From assembly GCA_047602425.1 (NCBI GenBank), contig JASGHG010000001.1, forward strand, positions 192,001 through 256,000: a stretch of 64,000 bases of DNA, given 5' to 3'. Of this stretch, positions 47,356 through 58,169 are shown in pieces. Positions within the stretch are counted from its first letter, which is position 1; each line of letters opens with the position of its first letter. This DNA comes from Nibricoccus sp. (GTDB lineage: Bacteria; Verrucomicrobiota; Verrucomicrobiia; Opitutales; Opitutaceae). Position numbers and translations under genes: made by a program. The notes below the pieces were generated by a model. It had not been told where the DNA came from. It made no database searches and saw only the letters and a list, made by a program, of their open reading frames with translations.

Positions 47356-48330
47356 ATGGACGCCCACGGCCGCATCGTCGATTATCTGCGCATCTCGGTC
47401 ACCGACCGGTGCAACGAGCGCTGCACCTATTGCATGCCCGAGGGCTACAAAGGCTGGGAACAAAAACCCGATCACCTCACCGCCGACGAAATCGTGCGCG
47501 TGGTGCGGGTGGCCGCTGGTTTGGGTTTTCGCAAATTTCGTCTGACCGGCGGCGAACCGCTCGTCCGTCGCGATCTCGTCGACATTGTTCGCACCATTTC
47601 GGCCATCGAAGGTGTCGAGGCCATTGGACTTTCCACCAATGGCACGAAGCTCGCCGCCCACGCCGAGCCCTTGCGAGCCGCCGGTTTGCGCACGGTCAAC
47701 GTCAGCCTCGATGCACTCGATCCGGCCCTTTATCGCCGCGTCACGGGTGGAGATGTTAACGCCGTGATCTCCGGCATCCGCGCCGCGGTGGCCGCGGGTT
47801 TCGAGCGCGTGAAGCTCAATTGCGTGCTCATGCGCGGCGTGAACGAAAACGAACTCTGGCCGCTCACACAATTCGCCGCCGAGCACAATTTGCCTCTGCG
47901 CCTCATCGAACTCATGCCGCTTACCCGCACCGACGTGCTGAGCGATGCCAACTTCATGCCCGTCGGCGAGGCCATGAAATTGCTCTCGCAACACGACGAA
48001 CTGGTTCCACAGCAAGACGCCCGCATCGGGTGGGGCCCGGCAAAATACTATCAGCTCAAAAACAGCGGCGCGCTCGTCGGCTTCATCGGAGCGCTGACGA
48101 ATCTGCATTTCTGCGAGACCTGCAATAAAATGCGCCTCACCGCCGACGGCAAAATCCGGCCCTGCCTTGGCGATCAAGGCGAGTTCGACCTCCGCACCGC
48201 TCTGCGCAATTCCACCTCCGACGACGCCCTGCGCGCGGCCTTCCTCACCGCATTGGAACGCAAACCGCTCGAACACCAATTCCGCAGCAACTACACCCCC
48301 TGCCGCCCAATGACGGCCATTGGTGGTTAA
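47356..48330 (+). CDS. moaA: GTP 3',8-cyclase (radical SAM)
   Basis: CNERCTYC, LTGGEP, FCETCNKMRLT..CL, C-terminal IGG. Confidence 0.95.
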   Translation: MDAHGRIVDYLRISVTDRCNERCTYCMPEGYKGWEQKPDHLTADEIVRVVRVAAGLGFRKFRLTGGEPLVRRDLVDIVRTISAIEGVEAIGLSTNGTKLAAHAEPLRAAGLRTVNVSLDALDPALYRRVTGGDVNAVISGIRAAVAAGFERVKLNCVLMRGVNENELWPLTQFAAEHNLPLRLIELMPLTRTDVLSDANFMPVGEAMKLLSQHDELVPQQDARIGWGPAKYYQLKNSGALVGFIGALTNLHFCETCNKMRLTADGKIRPCLGDQGEFDLRTALRNSTSDDALRAAFLTALERKPLEHQFRSNYTPCRPMTAIGG

Positions 48331-48340
48331 GCTTAGTTTG

Positions 48341-49612
48341 TCATCTCGGATCGACCACGCGGCCGAGAAACAAACATGCGCCGCTCGCGCGATGCTGAAT
48401 GGCAAATAGAAATGGCCGGTCGACTTTCATTTCAACGGGCTTGGGGCGTTTGGTAATTCCAAATCCCGCAACCACCGTCACCACGGTAGCCGCGGCCGCC
48501 TCGGTTCCTTTTTCATCCACTTCGATAAAGGCCTTGTGGAATACATTGGAAAGCAGCAGGTAATCGTTCGGTTTGCGCGGAACCATCCGATCAAAATTGG
48601 CGCTACCTTTCGGTTTGTCAAAGGCGGTCATCATCCCCAAAACCTGAAACTCCTCCGCCAAAGCGACGCCTTGCGGCTCAATTTTGAATTTCGGCAGATG
48701 CAGGATCACTTCCGTTTCAGCCGCCTTTGCACAATCAGCCAGGATCTGTGGCGTCAGGATTTTTTCGACTGACGTCACGCTGGTATTCTTGTTGGGCAAA
48801 AGAACCAACAGTTGGAGTTCCTCGCCGACATAGCGAATCGTCACCGCGGAAAATCCCTCGCCGCGCATAAAACCGAAATGCCGCTGCGCCTGCATTGTCG
48901 GCACCTTCGCCTCCAATTTACCATCGACAAAAAACGTTTCTGTCTTTGTCCCGTATTCTGAAAACTCGTGCGCCCACGGGGCCTTCAGCCAAACTGCGTT
49001 CACCAGGGTCAGCCGAGTCTGGGAATCCAATCCACGCGGCGGAATGACATTGCGGATTCGTTCGTGCGTCTGCTGTGCCACCCATTGGTTGATTTCCTCG
49101 CGCACTTTCTCGGCGTTGTTCCGGAAATCCACCGCTTGAAAAGACGCGCCGTGGTCCGTCTGGACTTTGGTTAAAAATGCAGAGCGAAAAGCATAACCAG
49201 ACTGGCCGTACAAACGATTCGCCACATTCAAGGAGATGGGTTCGCTTGGCCCACCATACGCATTCGATTTCTCCACCATTTTCGCCGAACGAAGACAAAC
49301 ACCGTTCAATTCATGCACGAAAGCATCGAATGAACGGTGCAGCGCCGCGTCGTCGACGGGATAATGCAGCACCTTCGCCATTTCCGCCTTGGTCTCGCCA
49401 TCGGCCCCAGCGTAGGTCATCGCGAGAGCCGATTGGATTGAGTACGGCGAAATCAGCGCGTTCTCGTTTGTCTTGGCCACGCGAGGGAGCAGGTCGAGGT
49501 CGAGCGCGTTCATCGAATTGGCTGCGATATCGAGTTCACCTGCCACGGATATTTGAGCCGCTGTCAGGCTCATTGACGCCATGCAGCAGAGGAAAACTTT
49601 TTTAAGAAACAT
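48341..49612 (-). CDS. Secreted serpin (serine protease inhibitor)
   Basis: Signal peptide; ISPYSI, LVNAVWLKAPW, LPKFKI, hinge DEKGTEAAAAT, VDRPFLFAI, LFLGRVVDP. Confidence 0.93.
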   Translation of the reverse strand: MFLKKVFLCCMASMSLTAAQISVAGELDIAANSMNALDLDLLPRVAKTNENALISPYSIQSALAMTYAGADGETKAEMAKVLHYPVDDAALHRSFDAFVHELNGVCLRSAKMVEKSNAYGGPSEPISLNVANRLYGQSGYAFRSAFLTKVQTDHGASFQAVDFRNNAEKVREEINQWVAQQTHERIRNVIPPRGLDSQTRLTLVNAVWLKAPWAHEFSEYGTKTETFFVDGKLEAKVPTMQAQRHFGFMRGEGFSAVTIRYVGEELQLLVLLPNKNTSVTSVEKILTPQILADCAKAAETEVILHLPKFKIEPQGVALAEEFQVLGMMTAFDKPKGSANFDRMVPRKPNDYLLLSNVFHKAFIEVDEKGTEAAAATVVTVVAGFGITKRPKPVEMKVDRPFLFAIQHRASGACLFLGRVVDPR

Positions 49613-49684
49613 GAAAGGAAATGAAATTCTTCGCGGTTCGCCAAGCGACTACGTGCAACTGGAGGTTTTATTACAGGCGTTCTC

Positions 49685-50431
49685 TCAGAGACGCGCCAGC
49701 CACCAAGCTACCACGCTCGTCACAAAGGCCCAACTGAAGCTGATCAACGTGCCGATGGTGATGTATTCGGCTTCCATCCGATTTTCCCTGTCCTTTAGTT
49801 CGCCAAAGCGAAAAATCGATTTCGCCGCCACTAGAAAACCGACACCCGCGAGATGTCCCATGCCAATGAGCATGAAGATGAGCAGGCGTTCCATTTGGCC
49901 GATCACGCGTCCGCCATTCGTTAGACCGCGCGCCTTGGCCCCCTCACCCGCGCCGATGTTTGCGCGCTCGATTTCGTCCAGATACGGCTTCACCCAAAAG
50001 CCGACGAGGATGCCGCCCACCCGGACGCAGAGAACAAAGCCCGTCGCGAGAATCCAGCAACGCCAGGCCAGCAGCCCGAAACGGTTGCCCCAAAGCGTCA
50101 GTTCCCCCTGCCGTGTAAACATCCATGCGAGAAGCGCCACCACGGCCAGATGCGCCGCCTGATCGAGCAGAAAAACGCGCAACGATCCACGAGCCTGAGC
50201 CTTAAGATGATCGATCGCCGCATGACTGAGAAAAACAAACGCCGGCAAAAGCCAAAGATCCCAACGCCCTGCCGCAACATAGGCCAGCGCCGCAGCGATC
50301 AAGCTGTGCAGCAGCAAGACCGGCGTGCGCTTCTTCTCCTTCACCATCCAGTCCGGTTGAAAAACAAAATCCGCCAGCGCATGCGCAGCCAGCAGCGAGA
50401 GTCCGAGATCGATCTGGGCGTGGGTCAACAT
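49685..50431 (-). CDS. DUF3307-like membrane protein
   Basis: HALADFVFQ, LHS, HAAID, DQAAH, IGQMER, AAKSIFRF; multiple TM. Confidence 0.8.
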   Translation of the reverse strand: MLTHAQIDLGLSLLAAHALADFVFQPDWMVKEKKRTPVLLLHSLIAAALAYVAAGRWDLWLLPAFVFLSHAAIDHLKAQARGSLRVFLLDQAAHLAVVALLAWMFTRQGELTLWGNRFGLLAWRCWILATGFVLCVRVGGILVGFWVKPYLDEIERANIGAGEGAKARGLTNGGRVIGQMERLLIFMLIGMGHLAGVGFLVAAKSIFRFGELKDRENRMEAEYITIGTLISFSWAFVTSVVAWWLARL

Positions 50432-50456
50432 GGGGGTATTACGGGATTTTTCTATT

Positions 50457-50505
50457 ACAACCTACCAAGGTTGTTTTTACTATTTACAACTTCCTGAGGT
50501 TGTAA
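50457..50505. repeat. Two ACAAC-N8-GTTGT palindromes, 29-bp period
   Basis: ACAACCTaccaAGGTTGT (50457-50474) and TTACAACttcctgagGTTGTAA (50484-50505) in an AT-rich gap. Confidence 0.7.
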
Positions 50506-50513
50506 GCCGAAAA

Positions 50514-51176
50514 TCAAAGTTTTCCAAGGCGGGCTTCCACCAAAATAAGCGCCTCCTCCAGCGCCGGCCAATTCGCTGCGTCAAGGTGCTTGGTCACGGC
50601 CTGCTGACTCACCTTGCCTGGCCAGGCACCGGCGATTTTCTCCTGCGTCCAACCACGCAAGGCACCACAGATGGCTCGCGCCTGCCGGCCGGTCCAGCCC
50701 TGGACGATGACATCCATCAACCGCACAATCACAGCCATGGCGTCGTCGCCGGCTTCGCCGGGGAGCGCGAGTTGCAGCCGCTGCTTGCCGGGAATCTGTT
50801 CCAACAGGCGACCGGAAAGCCGATAAGCCTCGCCGTCGCCCTCGGAAACGCGATCGCGCACAAAATCCACCATACCAACCGCAATCGCCAGGCGCGTGTC
50901 GAGTCCACGACCGCGTTCCGCCGCCGTGCGCAGGCAGGCGCGAAAAAACAAACCCACGCGCAGGCTGGCCGTCGGATCGCTCACGAGCAGTTGCCAGCCA
51001 TCGCCGCGAAAAACGTCGACATCCATCGGCACGATATCGCCAAACAAACCGCGGGTATCGCGCGAAGCTTTCGCGATGAGTTCCGGCAGCTGCCTGCGTT
51101 GCGCCTTGGGCAACTTGGAGGAATCGACAATGTCGCCGGTGATGACGGCGTATTTTTTTGTGGGGGCGATTTTCAT
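50514..51176 (-). CDS. SatD-like protein (nucleotide-cyclase-like palm domain plus C-terminal HTH)
   Basis: VITGDIVDSS, FRGDGWQ, R.AIAVG, GEAY..SGR.L; C-terminal TQEKIA...VSQQAVTKHL. Confidence 0.75.
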   Translation of the reverse strand: MKIAPTKKYAVITGDIVDSSKLPKAQRRQLPELIAKASRDTRGLFGDIVPMDVDVFRGDGWQLLVSDPTASLRVGLFFRACLRTAAERGRGLDTRLAIAVGMVDFVRDRVSEGDGEAYRLSGRLLEQIPGKQRLQLALPGEAGDDAMAVIVRLMDVIVQGWTGRQARAICGALRGWTQEKIAGAWPGKVSQQAVTKHLDAANWPALEEALILVEARLGKL

Positions 51177-51225
51177 CCCGTGCAGCGTGGGCTGCCGCCG
51201 ATGAAGTCTTTCCCCCGCCCGCATG

Positions 51226-52944
51226 TCAACCCGTCGTCTTCCGCCAATCGATGAGTTCGAGCTGCAGGAGTTTGCGATCGTTGAAATAGTTCCACGTGAG
51301 TTCGACCGCGAGATCGACGGGCACGCCCACCGGCGGAAGGCGATCGGCCATTTTCCATGCAACGCCAAACAGGCGCCGGCCGCGGCCATCGTCGAAGCTG
51401 AAGCGGAAATGTTGCTCTTTAAAAATTTCCGGGCGCTGGTTGAAAACCACACCGCTCAGTCCAAAAACAGGTTCAGGATTGCCCTGGCCGAAGGGATGCA
51501 ACTCGGCGAGTTCGTCCATGAGCTGGTCGCGAATTTGCTCGGGCTTGATCCAGGCCGCGAGATCGAGGCGGGCTTCGATCAGGTCGTTGCCGGCATGATG
51601 GCGCACGGCATCGGCGAAGCGCGTGCGGAAAACATCGAGGCGCGGTTTCTCAATCGAAACGCCGACCGCCATGGGATGGCCGCCCCAACTGGTGAGATGC
51701 TCGGTGCAAAGCCCAAGCACATCGACGAGGCTCACGCCGTCGACGCTGCGACCCGAACCTTTCGCCAAGTTTCCTTCGTTGCCCAGAACGACGCATGGAC
51801 GGTTGTATTTGCGCGTCACTCGTCCGGCCACGATGCCGACGACACCGGGATGCCAGTTGTCGCCATAAAGCACGATGCCGGGCCAGTCGGAAAACTGCTG
51901 CTCGATCATCTGCTCGGCTTCCTCGGTGATCTGGCGTTCGATGTCCTGACGCTCGCGGTTAAACGCGTCGAGCTGGCGCGCGGTTTCGCGGCAAAATTTT
52001 TCATCCTCGCTCAACATGAGCTCTACAGAAAGCGCGGCATCGGCGAGACGTCCGCTGGCGTTGATGCGCGGCCCAAGGCGGAACGAGATATCGACGGGCA
52101 TGATCTCGTTTTCGGTTTTCACGCCGGCGACCTGCATGAGCGCGCAAAGGCCGGGGCGCTGGGTCGTCTGCAAAATCTTCAGCCCCTGCCGTGCGATGAT
52201 GCGGTTTTCGCCGCGCAAGGGCACGAGATCCGCCACCGTGCCGAGCGCCGCAAGATCGAGGTAATCGCGGAGTTTGATGCGAAACGCGACCGGGTGATTT
52301 TCGGCACGCAATAATTTCAACAAGCCATGCGCGAGTTTGAAAACGAGGCCGACTGTGCAGAGGTGGCGCCACGGTTCGTCGCCGCCGTCGTTGTCGACGT
52401 GCGGATTGATCAGGATGCCTTGATCGAGCGGCCGTTCTTTCGAGCGATGATGATCGACCACAAGAACGTCGACACCCTGCGCGACAAGATAGGCGACTTC
52501 ATCGATGGAATTGGTGCCGCAGTCGAGGGCGACGAAAAGCGCCGGCTTGCCGCCCTCCAGCGCGCGGTCGATTGCGCTGCGCGACAAACCATAACCATCT
52601 TCCATGCGTCGTGGCACGACGAAGCGCGGATTGAGGCCGAAACGCCGCAGAATGCTCACTAACAGCGCGGTGCTGCTCACTCCGTCGACATCGTAGTCGC
52701 CAAGCACCACGACCTCCTCGCGTTGCGCGATGGCTTGGCGCAGGCGGGCGGCGCCAGCCTCGACGTTGCGCACGTGGAACGGATCGCTCAACTCGCTCAG
52801 CGCGGGATTGAGATATTTGGTTGCGACGGCTGGTTCGGACAAGCCATTGCGCAACAAGAGCTCCGCCAACACGGGACTGATGCCCGCGTTGCGGCTGAGC
52901 TCATCGACCGTACCGGCCGCGAGCGGATTGTAGATCCAACGCAT
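51226..52944 (-). CDS. recJ: Single-stranded-DNA-specific exonuclease
   Basis: GDYDVDG, DCG, DHH, GTVADLVPL, PRINASGR, GGHPMA, PFGQGNPEP. Confidence 0.95.
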   Translation of the reverse strand: MRWIYNPLAAGTVDELSRNAGISPVLAELLLRNGLSEPAVATKYLNPALSELSDPFHVRNVEAGAARLRQAIAQREEVVVLGDYDVDGVSSTALLVSILRRFGLNPRFVVPRRMEDGYGLSRSAIDRALEGGKPALFVALDCGTNSIDEVAYLVAQGVDVLVVDHHRSKERPLDQGILINPHVDNDGGDEPWRHLCTVGLVFKLAHGLLKLLRAENHPVAFRIKLRDYLDLAALGTVADLVPLRGENRIIARQGLKILQTTQRPGLCALMQVAGVKTENEIMPVDISFRLGPRINASGRLADAALSVELMLSEDEKFCRETARQLDAFNRERQDIERQITEEAEQMIEQQFSDWPGIVLYGDNWHPGVVGIVAGRVTRKYNRPCVVLGNEGNLAKGSGRSVDGVSLVDVLGLCTEHLTSWGGHPMAVGVSIEKPRLDVFRTRFADAVRHHAGNDLIEARLDLAAWIKPEQIRDQLMDELAELHPFGQGNPEPVFGLSGVVFNQRPEIFKEQHFRFSFDDGRGRRLFGVAWKMADRLPPVGVPVDLAVELTWNYFNDRKLLQLELIDWRKTTG

Positions 52945-52964
52945 GTTTGCGCGGCGACGCCGCT

Positions 52965-53068
52965 AATGAAGAATGTAGAATGTTGAATGCAGAATGTGGA
53001 ACGGGGGTTACCGGGGGTTAAGTCCGATATCGAACCATTCTACATTCTGCCTTCTCCATTCTACATCC
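52965..53068. repeat. Inverted arrays of heptamer repeats (AATGNNG x5 / CATTCTN x4-5)
   Basis: AATGAAG AATGTAG AATGTTG AATGCAG AATGTGG ... CCATTCT ACATTCT GCCTTCT CCATTCT ACATCC. Confidence 0.75.
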
Positions 53069-53071
53069 GCA

Positions 53072-55621
53072 TTACTGCGAAGCCTTGCTGGAGCCGGTCC
53101 ACTCGTAGGTCGGCTTAACGTCCTGGTGCTTCTCGACGTGTTTGCGGTCGCCCTTGTGCCACCAGTAGAACACCGGCGAGGCAATGAAGAGCGAGGAGAA
53201 CGTGCCGGTGATGACACCGATGAGGAGCGTGAAGGCGATGTCGTTGACGTCACCCGTCGTGACAATGATCAACGTGATCGCGGTCATGAGGGTCGTGCCG
53301 CCGGTAATGACGGTACGGGACAACGTAAGGTTCAGCGAACGGTTGATGATGTCGCCGAGCTTCGTGTTCGGGTTGAGCTTCAATTCTTCGCGGATGCGGT
53401 CGAACACGACGATGGTGTCGTTAATCGAATAACCAACGATCAGCAGAATCGCAGCCACCATGGGTCCGTTGAATTGACGGTCGAACAACACGAAAATGCC
53501 GATGGTCATCAGCACGTCGTGCACGGTGGAAACGACGGCGCCGATGCCGTAGCCGATTTCGAAACGGAAGGCCACGTAGATCATGATCGCGACGATGGAA
53601 GCGACGACAGACCAAAGAGCGTTCTTTTGGATTTCCGCGCCGACCGAGGGACCGATGCGGGCTTCGCCAACGATTTCCAGTCCAGCCTGCGGGAGGGCGG
53701 ATTGCAATTGGGCGACGAGCGGTTTGCCCTGATCGAAAGGCGTGGTGACTTTCAGCACCTTTTGGTCGGTACCGATTTGTTTTTGATAGGCGAAGCTGGC
53801 GTCCTTGATGCCTGCGGCTTCAGCGGCTTTGCGCAGCGTACCGACTTCAAGCTCCTGCTTGTACGACATCGTGACGGTGTCACCACCGGCGAAGTCGATG
53901 CCGTAGACTTTCTTGCCCTTGATGCCGGTCACAACCACGCCGACTACAATAACAAGCCAGGAAGTAATAAACGCGACCTTGGCGACCTTGAGGAAGTCAA
54001 ACTTGGTGTTCTGCAGCATGGAAACCATCGGCATGCGCTTGATGACGCCGGGGAGAATCAGTGCTTCCATGACGAGTTTGCTCACGACCACAGCGGCAAA
54101 CATCGTGGTGAAGATACCGATGGCGAGCGTGACGCCGAAGCCTTTCACCGGGCCGGTGCCGAGCCAGATCATGATTGCGGCAACGGCGAGCGTGGTGACG
54201 TTGGAGTCCAAAATGGCGGACCAAGCTTTGTCGAAACCGGCTTCGAGCGCGGCGGGCAAAGATTTGCCGAGCGCCAACTCTTCGCGCATGCGCTCGAAGA
54301 TCAGGATGTTCGAGTCAACGGACATCGCGAGCGTGAGCACGATACCGGCGATGCCGGGCATCGAGAGCGTAGCGCCGATCATCGACATAACCGCGAGCGT
54401 AACGAGCACGTTGACCAACATGCCGAGGGCAGCGATGACGCCACCGATGAAGTAGATGGCGAAAACAAACAAGACGGTCAGCGCCGTGCTGATGATGAAG
54501 GCCATCTTTCCGCTGGAGATGGCGTCCTTCGCAAGCGAGGGTCCGACTTCGTACTGCTCTTTGACGATCAGCGGAACTTCGAGCGGATTGTTCAGGACGT
54601 TGGAGAGCTCCTGAGCTTCGCGGTCGGTGAAGCTGCCGGTGATTTGGGCGGTATCGCTGTTGATTTGTTCCTTAACGGTGGGTGCGGAATAGAGCTTGCC
54701 GTCGAGAACGATGGCGAGGCGGCCGAGCGAGCGGTTGGCTTGGTTGCTGCGGGCGATTTCGCCGGTGACCTCGGCAAAGCGGGCTTTGCCCTCTTTGGTA
54801 AACTTCAGGATGATCTCGGGCTTGCCGAATTCGTCCGCGCGCGGGAAGGCTTCGTCAAGAGCGTCGCCCGCCATCTCGGGGCGTTGCTTGACGAAAAGTT
54901 CCTCAACGCCGTTTTCGCCGTTACGCGTCTCGTGTTCGAGCGTAAGGATCTCGTAACCGGCAGGGGTATCGACGCCGGGCTGCGGTGTAAGCGAAGGATG
55001 CACGAGGCGGAAATCGAGGCGGGCGGGTTTCTTGATGCTGTCGACGGCCTCAGGATTGTCCTTGGTGTTGATGGCGGGCATCTGAATTTCGATGCGGTTT
55101 TCGCCGACCGGGCGAATCAGGGGTTCGGCCACGCCGAGACCGTTGACGCGGTCGCTGATGATTTGGATGGCCTTGGAAAGCTTTTCCTTGCGCTGCCATT
55201 CCGGGAGTTTGGCGAGGGCTGCCTCGTCGGCTTCGAGCGTTACTGCCACGCCACCCACGAGATCGAGACCTTGCTGCAGTTTGCCACGCGATTCCTTCAA
55301 TAGGTAATCGAGAAGGACGCCGTTTTTGCGCTCGATGTTCTTAATGTCACCGAGGTTGAATCCGGGATAGTATTGCGCGCCGAGATCGATGCGGCGGTCC
55401 TTCGCGATCTGTTTAAGAGCGACGAACTCGCTGGTGGCGGGGTTCGCGGCTTTTTGCGCGGCGGCTTCCTTGAGCAGTGCGGAGAATTCCGCAGACTTGG
55501 CCTGGACTTTCGACCGGGCGTAGTCGGCAAACGGCCGGTCATTGATCGGCACGAGTGTCCATACGGCCCAGAGGACGATGGCAAAGCTGATGGTCAGCTT
55601 CCAGAGGTTGCGTTGTAGCAT
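53072..55621 (-). CDS. secDF: Protein translocase SecDF fusion
   Basis: GLDLVGG, RVNGLGVAEP, AIVLDG, VDSNILIFER, GIDFAGG, GYSINDTIVVFDRIRE. Confidence 0.95.
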   Translation of the reverse strand: MLQRNLWKLTISFAIVLWAVWTLVPINDRPFADYARSKVQAKSAEFSALLKEAAAQKAANPATSEFVALKQIAKDRRIDLGAQYYPGFNLGDIKNIERKNGVLLDYLLKESRGKLQQGLDLVGGVAVTLEADEAALAKLPEWQRKEKLSKAIQIISDRVNGLGVAEPLIRPVGENRIEIQMPAINTKDNPEAVDSIKKPARLDFRLVHPSLTPQPGVDTPAGYEILTLEHETRNGENGVEELFVKQRPEMAGDALDEAFPRADEFGKPEIILKFTKEGKARFAEVTGEIARSNQANRSLGRLAIVLDGKLYSAPTVKEQINSDTAQITGSFTDREAQELSNVLNNPLEVPLIVKEQYEVGPSLAKDAISSGKMAFIISTALTVLFVFAIYFIGGVIAALGMLVNVLVTLAVMSMIGATLSMPGIAGIVLTLAMSVDSNILIFERMREELALGKSLPAALEAGFDKAWSAILDSNVTTLAVAAIMIWLGTGPVKGFGVTLAIGIFTTMFAAVVVSKLVMEALILPGVIKRMPMVSMLQNTKFDFLKVAKVAFITSWLVIVVGVVVTGIKGKKVYGIDFAGGDTVTMSYKQELEVGTLRKAAEAAGIKDASFAYQKQIGTDQKVLKVTTPFDQGKPLVAQLQSALPQAGLEIVGEARIGPSVGAEIQKNALWSVVASIVAIMIYVAFRFEIGYGIGAVVSTVHDVLMTIGIFVLFDRQFNGPMVAAILLIVGYSINDTIVVFDRIREELKLNPNTKLGDIINRSLNLTLSRTVITGGTTLMTAITLIIVTTGDVNDIAFTLLIGVITGTFSSLFIASPVFYWWHKGDRKHVEKHQDVKPTYEWTGSSKASQ

Positions 55622-55750
55622 GGGTTATTTGGGTTTAAAATGGAGGGGTGCGCCGCGGGGTGTGGGGTTGGCGCGATTTGCACTGGGCACCGCTTGTGGT
55701 TAGCGCAGCCGAGGTCGGCCGGCGAAAAACGGTGCCGTCGCACGAAGGGG

Positions 55751-56113
55751 TTACTTGGCGGCGCCGGCTTTTTTGACCACAGACTGAATGAAGCCTTTGC
55801 CGATTTCGATCTTAGTGTCGTCGGCGATGCGAACGATGAAGCGATCTTCCTTCTTGTTGGTGATTTCGCCATAGATGCCGCCCACCGTGAGGATTTCGTC
55901 ACCGGTATCGAGGGAAGCCATCATCTTCTGATGCTCCTTTTGCTTTTTGCGCTGCGGGGCGATCATCAGGAAATACATCGCCGCGAAAATCAAAATCATC
56001 GGCAGGAAGCCCATGATTCCCTGCATGCCATTCGGCGAGGCAGGCTGGCCGGCGGGTGCCGCAGGAGCGGCAGTTTGGGCCAAAATTGTCAAAGAAGCCA
56101 AAAGGGAGGTCAT
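55751..56113 (-). CDS. yajC: Preprotein translocase subunit YajC
   Basis: MYFLMIAPQRKKQKEH, GDEILTVGGIYG; upstream of secDF (3' end of the 523-aa listed ORF). Confidence 0.92.
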   Translation of the reverse strand: MTSLLASLTILAQTAAPAAPAGQPASPNGMQGIMGFLPMILIFAAMYFLMIAPQRKKQKEHQKMMASLDTGDEILTVGGIYGEITNKKEDRFIVRIADDTKIEIGKGFIQSVVKKAGAAK

Positions 56114-56215
56114 TTTAGGAATTGCGTGTTGTGTGATTTGAAAAAAGAAAACACGCACTAAACGTGAGTCACGTCTGAAAAAGCAAGCCATAACCCCCGC
56201 CTGCGCCTTACTGCG

Positions 56216-58153
<1,938 letters not shown>

Positions 58154-58169
58154 AAATTCATCCGCAAAT

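Noticed and set aside
47119..48405. 428-aa minus-strand ORF (and similar ones at 42782-44089, 45075-46223, 1594-2778)
   Set aside because: Antisense shadows of well-supported genes
50457..50505. CRISPR mini-array interpretation of the twin palindromes
   Set aside because: Only two units with a 29-bp period, no spacer-sized gap and no cas genes
52994..55303. 769-aa plus-strand ORF
   Set aside because: Antisense shadow of secDF, as expected from high-GC codon bias; no protein motifs
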